This document shows positions 8,859 to 17,452 of a stretch of 61,760 nt of DNA, in pieces. The stretch is from the NCBI GenBank assembly GCA_964581095.1, contig CAZONK010000001.1, positions 1,745-63,504 of the forward strand, in the 5' to 3' direction. The DNA is from an uncultured Roseivirgaceae bacterium. GTDB lineage: Bacteria > Bacteroidota > Bacteroidia > Cytophagales > Cyclobacteriaceae. Numbering within the stretch: the stretch's first letter is position 1; the number at the start of each line of letters is the position of its first letter. A model generated the notes under the pieces. That model made no database searches, had not been told where the DNA came from, and saw only the letters and a program-made list of their open reading frames with translations. The translations under genes and the position numbers were made by a program.

Positions 8859-10415
8859 TTAATAGTCAACTATTTCTTTTTCGCCCCTGCCGATAAGTGC
8901 GACATTAATATTTTTATCAACTGCTGTTTGTGTAAAATTGTCAATAATTTCCAATACATCATAGTCTATTTTATAAGAATTAGACATATCAATAGTTACT
9001 TTACTATCAGCTGGAATATTATTTAACTCACTGAGAATCGCAGCTTTATTTAAAAAAGTTACTTCTTCTGACAGGGTTAATCTTATCTTGTGATGGTCAT
9101 CTTCGCTTAACTTATCTTCAAGATGCAGGAAGTGTGAATTCTTATAGTTTCTTCGTAATATTATCAAAACTCCAACCACCATACCCAAGCCTATTCCAGT
9201 AAGTAAATCTGTAAATACTAACCCAAGAATAGTTACTATGAAAGGCAAAAATTGATCTTTCCCCGCTTTATACATATGCCTGAAAAGAGAGGGTTTCGCC
9301 AACTTGAAACCAACCATAATTAATACGATTGCTAAAACTGATAATGGAATCAAATTTAAAATATCAGGTATGCTTACAACAAGAACAAAGAGCATAATAC
9401 CATGTAGTATTGCAGACAACTTGCTTTGGCCACCGGATTGTACATTAGCAGAACTTCTTACAATCACCTGTGTAATAGGCAATCCCCCTATCAGACCTGA
9501 AATAATGTTACCTGTTCCCTGAGCAATCAATTCCCTGTTGGTGGGTGTTACTCTCTTATGAGGATCGAGCTTATCAGTTGCTTCTACACTTAACAATGTT
9601 TCTAAACTTGCTACCACAGCAATTGTAATAGCCACCACATAAACATCAGAATTAAATATCTGGCTAAAATCAGGTGTTGCAAACAAGCCAAAAAACTCAC
9701 TTAATGAGTTAGATACGGGAACGCTTACAAGATGATTAGATGCCAAAGCTATATTCGGCCAATAGTTAGAAGTGATAACCTGATATAATACACCAAAAAC
9801 TACGGCCACAATTGGTGCCTGCAATAATTTAAAAAATTTATGCTTTTTAGACAAAATATTATCCCAGACTAATATAATAATCAACGCCAGAACAGCCACA
9901 ATTAGGGCATTTGGAGCAATCGCTTTAAACATATAAAATAACTCCGATATTGTATTATGTCCATCGGGTTGATTAAATGAAAGCCCACCTTCAAAGTCAC
10001 TATCATACCCAAAAGCATGCGGTATCTGTTTTAAGGTAATTACTATACCAATTCCGGCAAGCATTCCTTTAATAACGGAGGATGGAAAGTAATAACCAAT
10101 AACTCCGGCCTTTAGTAAACCGAGTATTATCTGAATAACCCCGGCAATAACAACCGCCAGTATAAACGTCTCAAAATTTCCCAGTGAGGTAATTGAATTA
10201 AGTACAATTACAGCAAGTCCTGCAGCCGGCCCGCTCACCCCGAGGGATGAACCACTTAAAGAACCCACAATAATACCACCAATAACACCAGCAATTATAC
10301 CAGATATCAAGGGAGCGCCACTTGCCAGGGCAATGCCTAAGCACAGTGGAATTGCCACGAATAGAACAACAACGCTGGCAGGTAAGTCTTTTTTAATATT
10401 TTTAAATAAATACAT
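8859..10415 (-). CDS. SulP family anion (sulfate/bicarbonate) transporter with C-terminal STAS domain
   Basis: 518 aa with a polytopic SulP-like N-terminal region and a soluble C-terminal STAS-like domain. It is paired with a carbonic anhydrase gene. Confidence 0.9.
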   Translation of the reverse strand: MYLFKNIKKDLPASVVVLFVAIPLCLGIALASGAPLISGIIAGVIGGIIVGSLSGSSLGVSGPAAGLAVIVLNSITSLGNFETFILAVVIAGVIQIILGLLKAGVIGYYFPSSVIKGMLAGIGIVITLKQIPHAFGYDSDFEGGLSFNQPDGHNTISELFYMFKAIAPNALIVAVLALIIILVWDNILSKKHKFFKLLQAPIVAVVFGVLYQVITSNYWPNIALASNHLVSVPVSNSLSEFFGLFATPDFSQIFNSDVYVVAITIAVVASLETLLSVEATDKLDPHKRVTPTNRELIAQGTGNIISGLIGGLPITQVIVRSSANVQSGGQSKLSAILHGIMLFVLVVSIPDILNLIPLSVLAIVLIMVGFKLAKPSLFRHMYKAGKDQFLPFIVTILGLVFTDLLTGIGLGMVVGVLIILRRNYKNSHFLHLEDKLSEDDHHKIRLTLSEEVTFLNKAAILSELNNIPADSKVTIDMSNSYKIDYDVLEIIDNFTQTAVDKNINVALIGRGEKEIVDY

Positions 10416-10552
10416 ATTAATAGATTTAGCTGAATATGAAATTCAGCAATTAGTGATTGATAAATAATTATTTTGATGAACCGAATCATCGGCCATAAAG
10501 GAATCGATTATTCAACTTTCAGCTTTGAATAAAGCAATTTTAAAGTAGAGTA

Positions 10553-10867
10553 TCAGGCTTCGGGAGGAGGTGTTACAACTTCCAGAAAAACTTCCATGGA
10601 ATGTTTTATGTCGTATTGAATAAACTCCGAATTGCTCACCAAAAGCATTGCCAGGTTTATGGATTTAAGATTATTGAGATGATACTCATTAATTTGGGTT
10701 TCTGACTTTTGAGATTCAACCGGCTCTGTTTTGTCCTCTATGTCAATCAGGGAAAAAGAAATGATATTCTCAGTAATTTCACTACCTAAGGAAACTACTA
10801 AGAGGACAGAAAATATATTTATTAGTGCAAAAGCAATTATTAAATTACTTCTTCTAACCCAAGCCAT
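10553..10867 (-). CDS. Hypothetical small membrane-anchored protein
   Basis: 104-aa ORF with one N-terminal TM helix and no recognisable motif. Confidence 0.4.
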   Translation of the reverse strand: MAWVRRSNLIIAFALINIFSVLLVVSLGSEITENIISFSLIDIEDKTEPVESQKSETQINEYHLNNLKSINLAMLLVSNSEFIQYDIKHSMEVFLEVVTPPPEA

Positions 10868-11078
10868 AAAAAGATAAAATGGTTATTTATAGTTAAAACC
10901 TATTCTGCTGCAAAAATAACAAATCGAGAGTAATTGCAAAATTTGAAAACAGCTTTATATAAAAAGAAAGGCTCACGAAAAAATTGGATAGGGCTTTTTT
11001 ACTTCATTTATTTATATATCTAAAGGTCGGCAAACAGGGCTTCTTGTCTCATCCATACGAACGTTATAAAATCAGACA

Positions 11079-11109
11079 TAAAAAAAAGACCAATATTTCT
11101 AAAGGTCTT
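11079..11109 (-). terminator. Rho-independent terminator after tRNA-Lys
   Basis: On the minus strand, aagacc-N12-ggtctt is followed by a run of eight T. It lies directly 3' of the tRNA. Confidence 0.5.
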
Positions 11110-11117
11110 CTTCCAAG

Positions 11118-11190
11118 TGACTGGCCTGAGGCTCGAACTCAGGACCCACGCCTTAAAAGGGCGTTGCTCTACCAACTGAGCTAGCCAGTC
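11118..11190 (-). tRNA. tRNA-Lys (anticodon TTT)
   Basis: The manual cloverleaf is GACTGGC-TA-GCTC-AGTTGGTA-GAGC-A-ACGCC-CTTTTAA-GGCGT-GGGTC-CTGAG-TTCGAGC-CTCAG-GCCAGTC-A. CCA is not encoded. Confidence 0.9.
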
Positions 11191-11245
11191 ATTTTTTTGT
11201 GATTCCATTCAAATAAAAGCAATGATACTTCCGTATTCTATTACT

Positions 11246-11253
11246 TATATTTG
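11246..11253 (+). promoter_or_regulatory. Bacteroidota-type -7 promoter box TATATTTG
   Basis: It matches TAnnTTTG and lies 60 nt upstream of the 11313 start. Confidence 0.4.
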
Positions 11254-11312
11254 CCACTTCTAAAAAAAATCGAAGCCGCTTGCCTCGAATGGGAATGCAA
11301 AGGTAAAAGGTT

Positions 11313-12065
11313 ATGCAAAATATGCAAAGCAACATATTTAAAATAATTACAATAACATTATTATTCCTTCTGCCTGGCCTTATAAAAGCAGCACCCAAAG
11401 ATTATAAGGACAAAATTAAACTTGCTGATTCACTTTTTGCCCAAAAAAAATATACCCAGTCCTATGAATTGTACGACTCCATTTACCATATAGGAAAGTT
11501 ACGCTCCCCTGCCATGCTATTGAAAATGGCTTACATCCGCGAGGGCCTGGGAGACTACACAATGGCGTTGTATTACCTGTATGATTATTACATACAAACA
11601 TCGGATGAATTTGCACTTGAAAAAATGGAGGCCCTGGCAAATATCCACAACCTGGCCGGATACAATTACTCCGATAAAGAGTACTTCCTAAGTGTTTATC
11701 ATGAGTATTATGACCAGGTTATTATGGTTCTGGGTGCAATTGCCTTACTGTTTCTTAGTGGTATTGCCTGGCAACGGTTTCACCTGCATCGTAAACCCGT
11801 TGGAAATTTTATAATTTTTTCGATAGTGTCCTTCTTGCTTGTTTACATTCTCAATATTGGTATAGGATACCAGGAAGCAATTGTTACCCATCCAAATTCC
11901 TATGCTATGAATGAACCTTCTTCGAGCGCTGATGTGGTTGATATCCTCGCACAAGGTCATAAAATCGAGATCACAGGAGAAAGTGATGTATGGTATAAGA
12001 TTGAATGGAATGAAACGGAAGTTTATATAAAAAAGAAAAATGCACTTCCTGTATCTGTCTGGTAA
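11313..12065 (+). CDS. Membrane protein with TPR-like N-terminal region and C-terminal SH3b domain
   Basis: It has a signal peptide, a TPR-like helical region and two TM helices. The C-terminus ADVVDILAQGHKIEITGESDVWYKIEWNETEVYIKK is typical of bacterial SH3 domains. Confidence 0.6.
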   Translation: MQNMQSNIFKIITITLLFLLPGLIKAAPKDYKDKIKLADSLFAQKKYTQSYELYDSIYHIGKLRSPAMLLKMAYIREGLGDYTMALYYLYDYYIQTSDEFALEKMEALANIHNLAGYNYSDKEYFLSVYHEYYDQVIMVLGAIALLFLSGIAWQRFHLHRKPVGNFIIFSIVSFLLVYILNIGIGYQEAIVTHPNSYAMNEPSSSADVVDILAQGHKIEITGESDVWYKIEWNETEVYIKKKNALPVSVW

Positions 12066-12155
12066 CTCATACTACTCATCTTGTATAAAATACAACAAAC
12101 CATTTCATTCAATTAAATAATTTCATCCCCGGCAACGGATTTCGCTATCAACAGC

Positions 12156-12163
12156 TACATTTG
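12156..12163 (+). promoter_or_regulatory. -7 promoter box TACATTTG
   Basis: It matches TAnnTTTG and lies 10 nt upstream of the rlmD start. Confidence 0.4.
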
Positions 12164-12173
12164 CAGCCGCAAA

Positions 12174-13574
12174 ATGAGATCAAAGAAAAAAATAGTACTC
12201 GAAAACCTTACGGTTGAATCAGTTGCAGCAGAAGGAAAGTGTATTGCACATGCCGATGGCAAAGTGGTTTTCTTAACAAAATGTGCACCCGGAGATGTAG
12301 TGGATGCCCGGGTTACCAAAAAGAAATTGAACTATTACGAGGCTGTTCCTACAACATACCATCAACTATCCAGTGTTCGACAAGATCCTTTCTGTACTCA
12401 TTTTAACTTATGTGGTGGTTGTAAATGGCAACACATGGAATATTCTTCCCAATTGGAGTACAAGCAGCAACAGGTTGTAGATCAACTTGAACGAATCGGA
12501 AAATTGTCACTCCCTCCAATAAGTCCCATCATCGGTTCAGAAAATACACAGCTGTATCGAAACAAACTGGAATATACTTTTACTGATAGCAAATGGCTTA
12601 CAGATGACCAGGTGAAATCCAGTGAGGAAATTGACAGGAACGGAGTCGGTTTCCACATACCCGGAAGGTTTGATCGTATCGTAGATTTGGATCAATGTTT
12701 CCTGCAAAAAGAACCTACCAACGAATTACGTTTGTATATTAAATTTTTTGCCATTCGAAATAAAATGTCTTTCTATAACACGAAAAACCATTCGGGTTTA
12801 TTGCGCAACCTGGTTATTCGTACCACCGAAAACGATGAGGTGATGGTAATTGTTCAATTCGGTAAAAATGATCATGAAAACATCAAGAAACTTATGCAGG
12901 CAATCGTTAATGATTTCCCCGAAATTACATCTTTAAATTACATCATCAACACCAAAAAAAACGATTCCTACTACGACCAGGAAGTAATAAACTATTCAGG
13001 TCTCAATTATATCACCGAAGAAATTAATGGAATCAAATTCAGAGTAGGACCAAAATCATTTTTTCAAACCAATACTGCCCAGGCAAAGCTTCTTTATGCA
13101 AAAGTGATTGTGCTCGCAGATATCAAGGACAACGAAGTAGTGTATGATTTATACTGCGGAACGGGTACAATTTCAAATCTGGTTGCCAATAAATCAAAAA
13201 AAGTTATTGGCCTGGAATATGTACCCGAAGCCATTGAGGATGCAGAATTAAATTCGAAAATTAATAATATTTCGAACACACAATTTATTGCGGGCGATAT
13301 AAAAGATTTACTATCAGATAATTTTTTTAAAGAACACTCCAAGCCGGACCTTATCATCACTGATCCGCCAAGGGCAGGAATGCATAAAGATGTTGTGGAA
13401 GCAATCAATAACTCGGGTGCAAATAAAGTTGTGTATGTCAGTTGTAATCCTGCTACACAGGCCAGGGACCTGGAATTAATGTCCGAAATGTATGTAGTGG
13501 AAGTTGTGCAACCCGTTGATATGTTTCCACAAACCCACCATGTCGAAAATATTGTTTTGTTATCACGAAAATAG
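12174..13574 (+). CDS. rlmD: 23S rRNA (uracil-C5)-methyltransferase, RlmD/RumA family
   Basis: It has an N-terminal TRAM-like domain, a Cys cluster (CTHFNLCGGCKWQH) and the SAM motif DLYCGTGT. The C-terminal YVSCNP catalytic Cys region is also present. Confidence 0.9.
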   Translation: MRSKKKIVLENLTVESVAAEGKCIAHADGKVVFLTKCAPGDVVDARVTKKKLNYYEAVPTTYHQLSSVRQDPFCTHFNLCGGCKWQHMEYSSQLEYKQQQVVDQLERIGKLSLPPISPIIGSENTQLYRNKLEYTFTDSKWLTDDQVKSSEEIDRNGVGFHIPGRFDRIVDLDQCFLQKEPTNELRLYIKFFAIRNKMSFYNTKNHSGLLRNLVIRTTENDEVMVIVQFGKNDHENIKKLMQAIVNDFPEITSLNYIINTKKNDSYYDQEVINYSGLNYITEEINGIKFRVGPKSFFQTNTAQAKLLYAKVIVLADIKDNEVVYDLYCGTGTISNLVANKSKKVIGLEYVPEAIEDAELNSKINNISNTQFIAGDIKDLLSDNFFKEHSKPDLIITDPPRAGMHKDVVEAINNSGANKVVYVSCNPATQARDLELMSEMYVVEVVQPVDMFPQTHHVENIVLLSRK

Positions 13575-13585
13575 TAGATTCAAAT

Positions 13586-13954
13586 ATGTTTAATGACCCG
13601 GAACTCGACGGAAAATATCTTGGAACAATTACCAAGGATTTTGTGATAGTAGCAGAAACGTTAAAGGAAGCATCCTACCAGGTACGCAAACGTGGTTATT
13701 CTGAGTATCCGATTTTCCCCATTTCAAAAAAAGAAGTACCAATCGGCCAGTTACTAATAAATAAAAGTGAGATAGCCACTGCGTGGAATTATCATATCAC
13801 TTACATCGATGAATTCACCGATCTGGGTATCGTTGAAAAGGATAAGGTTGAGGATTTCAAAAAAATATACAAAGACCCTGATGAATTTTGCTGTTTGTTT
13901 GTAATCGATGGTGATTTCACCCGGTTTGTTTTTATACCTTATCCGGAGGATTAA
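13586..13954 (+). CDS. Hypothetical protein
   Basis: 122-aa ORF tightly following rlmD, with no recognisable motif. Confidence 0.45.
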   Translation: MFNDPELDGKYLGTITKDFVIVAETLKEASYQVRKRGYSEYPIFPISKKEVPIGQLLINKSEIATAWNYHITYIDEFTDLGIVEKDKVEDFKKIYKDPDEFCCLFVIDGDFTRFVFIPYPED

Positions 13955-13984
13955 GCATTAACCCACATTTGACCAGACAGAAGA

Positions 13985-14153
13985 CACGTTCCAGGCGGGT
14001 CGATAATCCTGGAACAACTAGCTCCAACTCGTTGGGTGCGAGGCTGCCCAGCGGGTTGAACCTGCTTTAGACCCGATAGGTAGCCGGGGTCTGAATCACA
14101 ATTTTTGTATTCTAATTTCATTCCCTAGAGGGCACCGTTCCTTGGCGGGTCGA
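13985..14153 (+). repeat. GC-rich REP-like repeat: one full ~148-bp unit plus the first ~21 nt of a second unit
   Basis: Units start at 13985 (cacgttccaggcgggtcga) and 14133 (caccgttccttggcgggtcga). There is an internal hairpin, gttccagg-N12-cctggaac. The sequence is homologous to 14836-15027. Confidence 0.75.
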
Positions 14154-14214
14154 GTTTTAAAATGTTAAAATCTGAAAAGTTTTTTAATTTTATCAATCTC
14201 GAATTTAATGTTTT

Positions 14215-14832
14215 ATGGATTATCAAAAATTAGTAAATAAAGAAGAAACCTTGAGTTGTGGCGAAACATACCATATCTATAACAGAGCTGTTGGTGATGA
14301 ATTACTTTTTAAATCAGAAAAAGATTATGAATATTTTATAAAAAAATTAAAGCGATTTATTATTCCAATTGCAAACATCTTTGCTTATTGCCTGATCCCA
14401 AACCACTTTCATTTACTGCTAAAGATTAAAGAGTCTGATTATATTTCAGGGCTTCACAATATTGAAGAGAAAGAATATTCAAAATTCATTACAAAAGTAT
14501 TTGGCAATTTTTTTAACAGCTATTCCAAATCATATAACAAAGTTCATAAAAGGAAGGGTAGATTATTTATTCAACCGTATAAAAGAATAGTTGTTGAAGA
14601 TGAATACTACTTTAGAATCCTGGTAAATTACATTCACAGAAATCCTATACATCATGGGTTGGTGTTGAATTTTTCAGATTGGAAATATTCATCGTATTCA
14701 ATTATTCTTTCAAATAAAACCACATTCATTGATAATGAAGAAGTTCTATCATTTTTTAATTCAAAAGAAGAGTTCATCGAATTTCATAATGAGAATAAAG
14801 TGAGAGATACTGGAAACGATTACCTCGAGTAG
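14215..14832 (+). CDS. Y1/HUH tyrosine transposase of the IS200-like family, REP-associated (RAYT-like)
   Basis: 205 aa with the HUH motif PNHFHLLL and the catalytic Tyr region NYIHRNPIHHG. It is flanked on both sides by the same GC-rich repeat. Confidence 0.85.
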   Translation: MDYQKLVNKEETLSCGETYHIYNRAVGDELLFKSEKDYEYFIKKLKRFIIPIANIFAYCLIPNHFHLLLKIKESDYISGLHNIEEKEYSKFITKVFGNFFNSYSKSYNKVHKRKGRLFIQPYKRIVVEDEYYFRILVNYIHRNPIHHGLVLNFSDWKYSSYSIILSNKTTFIDNEEVLSFFNSKEEFIEFHNENKVRDTGNDYLE

Positions 14833-14835
14833 CAT

Positions 14836-15027
14836 CTTCAACCTGCCGGGAGCAAGCCCACCCGTCGGGTCTACAGGTTTGACCCGACAGTAGACGGAGC
14901 CTAAATCACAATTTTCGTACTTTAATTCCATTTACGAAAAGGCACCGTTCCTGGCGGGTCGAAATTCTGGAATAACTATTTTCAACCCGTTGGGAGCAAG
15001 CCCGCCTGGGGCATGGCCACCCGGTGG
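14836..15027 (+). repeat. GC-rich REP-like repeat: remainder of the split unit plus part of a further unit
   Basis: cttcaacctgccgggagcaagccc... continues the unit interrupted at 14153. The next unit starts at 14943 (caccgttcctggcgggtcga). There is a perfect hairpin, gtcgggtc-N9-gacccgac. Confidence 0.75.
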
Positions 15028-15036
15028 GATTATCTT

Positions 15037-16074
15037 CTACCCAGATTGAAAATGATTCCAACCCTGTGCTTTTATTGCAACTTCCTGGCCGCTTTTTGAA
15101 ATTAGATTTGCCCCCTTCAGCTTTTTATCTATATATCCGATAAGGTGGATGTCAGGATGTTTCTCAATTTTGGGAAGATCTTCCTGCCTGATAGTAAAAA
15201 GTAATTCATAATCCTCCCCACCATTGAACGCACATGTATTGGGATCAATATTAAATTCGACTGCGGTGCTGTATGTGAGCTGGTCGATTGGAACCTTATC
15301 TTCATAAACGCGAGCCCCCTTCACTGATTGGGCGCACAAATGCATCAAATCAGAAGCAAGGCCATCGGATATATCAATCATGGATGTTGGTACAAGGTTG
15401 AGGTCGGCAAGTTCATGAATAATATCCATTCTTGCTTCAGGTTTCAACTGGCGTTGAACAATATAATCATATCCTTCAAGCTTGGGCTGCATCTCCGGGT
15501 TTGTCAGAAAAACCTGCTTTTCGCGCTCCAGAATTTGAAGGCCGATATACGCTCCTCCCAGGTCACCGGTTACACAAATGATATCTTTATCCCCGGCCCC
15601 GCTTCTGTAAACAACTTTTGATTTATCAACGGTGCCCACAGCTGTAACTGAAATAATTAACCCGGATGCCGATGCCGACGTATCACCACCTACCAAATCA
15701 ACATTATATTTTTTGCAGGCAGCCCGGACGCCTTCGTAGAATTCATCTACTGCTTCCACGGAAATCCTGTTGCTCAGCCCCAGGCTAATCGTTACCTGGT
15801 TAGCAATTCCATTCATTGCTGCAATATCCGATACATTTACAACCACCGATTTATAACCAAGGTGCTGAATTGGCATATAGCTCAAATCAAAGTGAATACC
15901 TTCCAATAACAAATCTGTGGAAACAAGTGTAAAATTATCCCCGTTGGCAATAACTGCGGCATCATCCCCAATTCCTTTTTTAGTAGAACTGTTAGTTAGT
16001 ACAACTTTCCCGCTTATCCGATTGATAAGGCCGAACTCGCCTAATTCCTCTATTTCAGTGCGTTTTTCAGTCAT
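15037..16074 (-). CDS. thiL: Thiamine-monophosphate kinase
   Basis: AIR-synthase-like fold with the GIGDDAAV motif; 345 aa. It shares an ATGA overlap with the upstream gene. Confidence 0.9.
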   Translation of the reverse strand: MTEKRTEIEELGEFGLINRISGKVVLTNSSTKKGIGDDAAVIANGDNFTLVSTDLLLEGIHFDLSYMPIQHLGYKSVVVNVSDIAAMNGIANQVTISLGLSNRISVEAVDEFYEGVRAACKKYNVDLVGGDTSASASGLIISVTAVGTVDKSKVVYRSGAGDKDIICVTGDLGGAYIGLQILEREKQVFLTNPEMQPKLEGYDYIVQRQLKPEARMDIIHELADLNLVPTSMIDISDGLASDLMHLCAQSVKGARVYEDKVPIDQLTYSTAVEFNIDPNTCAFNGGEDYELLFTIRQEDLPKIEKHPDIHLIGYIDKKLKGANLISKSGQEVAIKAQGWNHFQSG

Positions 16075-16478
16075 TTATTTTTAATTTCCTGGCACAATTC
16101 AATAAGGACCCCATTAGCAGATTTTGGGTGGATGAAACAAACAAGTTTGTTGTCTGCCCCCTTTTTGGGAGTATCATTCAATAAAATAAAACCTTCATGC
16201 CTAAGGCGCGTCATTTCAGATTCTATATCCTCAACTTCAAACGCAATATGATGTATCCCTTCCCCTCTCTTAGCTATAAATTTTGCAATCGGTGAATCCT
16301 CATCAGTTGCTTCCAGAAGCTCGATTTTAGTACCTCCAATATTGAAAAATGTAGTAGAAACAGCCTCGGATAATACATCTTCAGTTTTATATGCTTTTTC
16401 ATTGAGTAACCTGGAAAACAAATTTTTGGAATTTGTGATATCCTTAACTGCAATACCTATATGCTCAACATTTTTCAT
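16071..16478 (-). CDS. mce: Methylmalonyl-CoA epimerase (VOC/glyoxalase family)
   Basis: 135 aa with the metal-ligand pattern HIGIAV...HHIAFEV...ELC typical of the epimerase. Confidence 0.8.
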   Translation of the reverse strand: MKNVEHIGIAVKDITNSKNLFSRLLNEKAYKTEDVLSEAVSTTFFNIGGTKIELLEATDEDSPIAKFIAKRGEGIHHIAFEVEDIESEMTRLRHEGFILLNDTPKKGADNKLVCFIHPKSANGVLIELCQEIKNK

Positions 16479-16505
16479 CCAAATATTAAATCAGTGAATA
16501 TTGAT

Positions 16506-16513
16506 TACTTTTG
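16506..16513 (+). promoter_or_regulatory. -7 promoter box TACTTTTG
   Basis: It matches TAnnTTTG and lies 63 nt upstream of the 16577 start. Confidence 0.35.
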
Positions 16514-16576
16514 TAAAGTAAAATTCATAAATCCTGCTGGTCTTAAAAAGTAAAACAGGAAAAAGTAAATTCAACG

Positions 16577-16987
16577 ATGATTGTTTCAAATGTAGATATT
16601 CATGTGGAATTGGCCAATGCCCAGAAAAAAATCGAGGATTATCTCGGGCTTGATAATGCTACGCTTATTTTTGATTTTAGCCCTGCCAATGGTAAGGTAC
16701 GATTAGATCTGATTACAGTAAATCCAAGACACAATCAATCCTTTTTATTTCATACATGCGAGGGGTACGATAAGCTGGATGTATTAAAAAATATGTACAG
16801 TTACGTTACTAATAACATTGAAAAAGAAAATCACTATACTGTACAGTGGAGAGCAAAAGGAGAAACTGAATTGCACACAAGTTACTTCAGAGCAAGGAAT
16901 ATGTACGAAGCACTTGATAAGTTATTCTACGGCAGGGACATTAATACCTTGTCGGTATTTCATATCACGCTAAATCCAATTACTTAA
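16577..16987 (+). CDS. Hypothetical protein
   Basis: 136-aa ORF with no recognisable motif. Confidence 0.45.
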   Translation: MIVSNVDIHVELANAQKKIEDYLGLDNATLIFDFSPANGKVRLDLITVNPRHNQSFLFHTCEGYDKLDVLKNMYSYVTNNIEKENHYTVQWRAKGETELHTSYFRARNMYEALDKLFYGRDINTLSVFHITLNPIT

Positions 16988-17033
16988 AATGCTGCATACA
17001 GAGCAATTGTATCAACAATAAACAGATACCGCT

Positions 17034-17360
17034 ATGATTACGATTACCGATAAAGCCAAAAATAGAATTTCACAACTTCGAACTGATGAAGGCCATTCAC
17101 AGGACTACCAGGTAAGGGTATCTGTAAAAGGTGGTGGATGTTCGGGATTGATGTACGACCTTGATTTTGATAACCAATCATCAGATGGGGACCATGTATT
17201 TGAGGACAAAGGAGTTAAAATATTCGTTGATAAGAAGAGTCTTTTATACCTGATGGGTACTACACTGGATTTTTCTGATGGGTTAAATGGTAAAGGATTT
17301 CAATTCATCAATCCCAATGCGACAAGAACATGTGGATGTGGTGAAAGTTTCTCAATATAG
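17034..17360 (+). CDS. Iron-sulfur cluster insertion/assembly protein, HesB/IscA/ErpA family
   Basis: 108 aa with the GGGCSG motif and a C-terminal CGCGESF. Confidence 0.9.
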   Translation: MITITDKAKNRISQLRTDEGHSQDYQVRVSVKGGGCSGLMYDLDFDNQSSDGDHVFEDKGVKIFVDKKSLLYLMGTTLDFSDGLNGKGFQFINPNATRTCGCGESFSI

Positions 17361-17374
17361 TACAAATTCAAAAA

Positions 17375-17416
17375 AGAAGGTGTCTCTTGATTCCCAATTG
17401 GGATGAGACACCTTCT
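17375..17416. terminator. Bidirectional hairpin terminator between convergent genes
   Basis: agaaggtgtctc (17375-17386) pairs with gagacaccttct (17405-17416). An inner palindrome tcccaattggga is present, with A-runs and T-runs on the flanks. Confidence 0.6.
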
Positions 17417-17452
17417 TTCATTTTAAACTTATTTATACCTCATAATTAATCT

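Noticed and set aside
10984-11398. ORFs 10984..11184, 11020..11208 and 11189..11398 lie around the tRNA-Lys locus.
   Set aside because: They overlap the tRNA gene, its terminator or the promoter region of the next gene, and they have no protein-like features.
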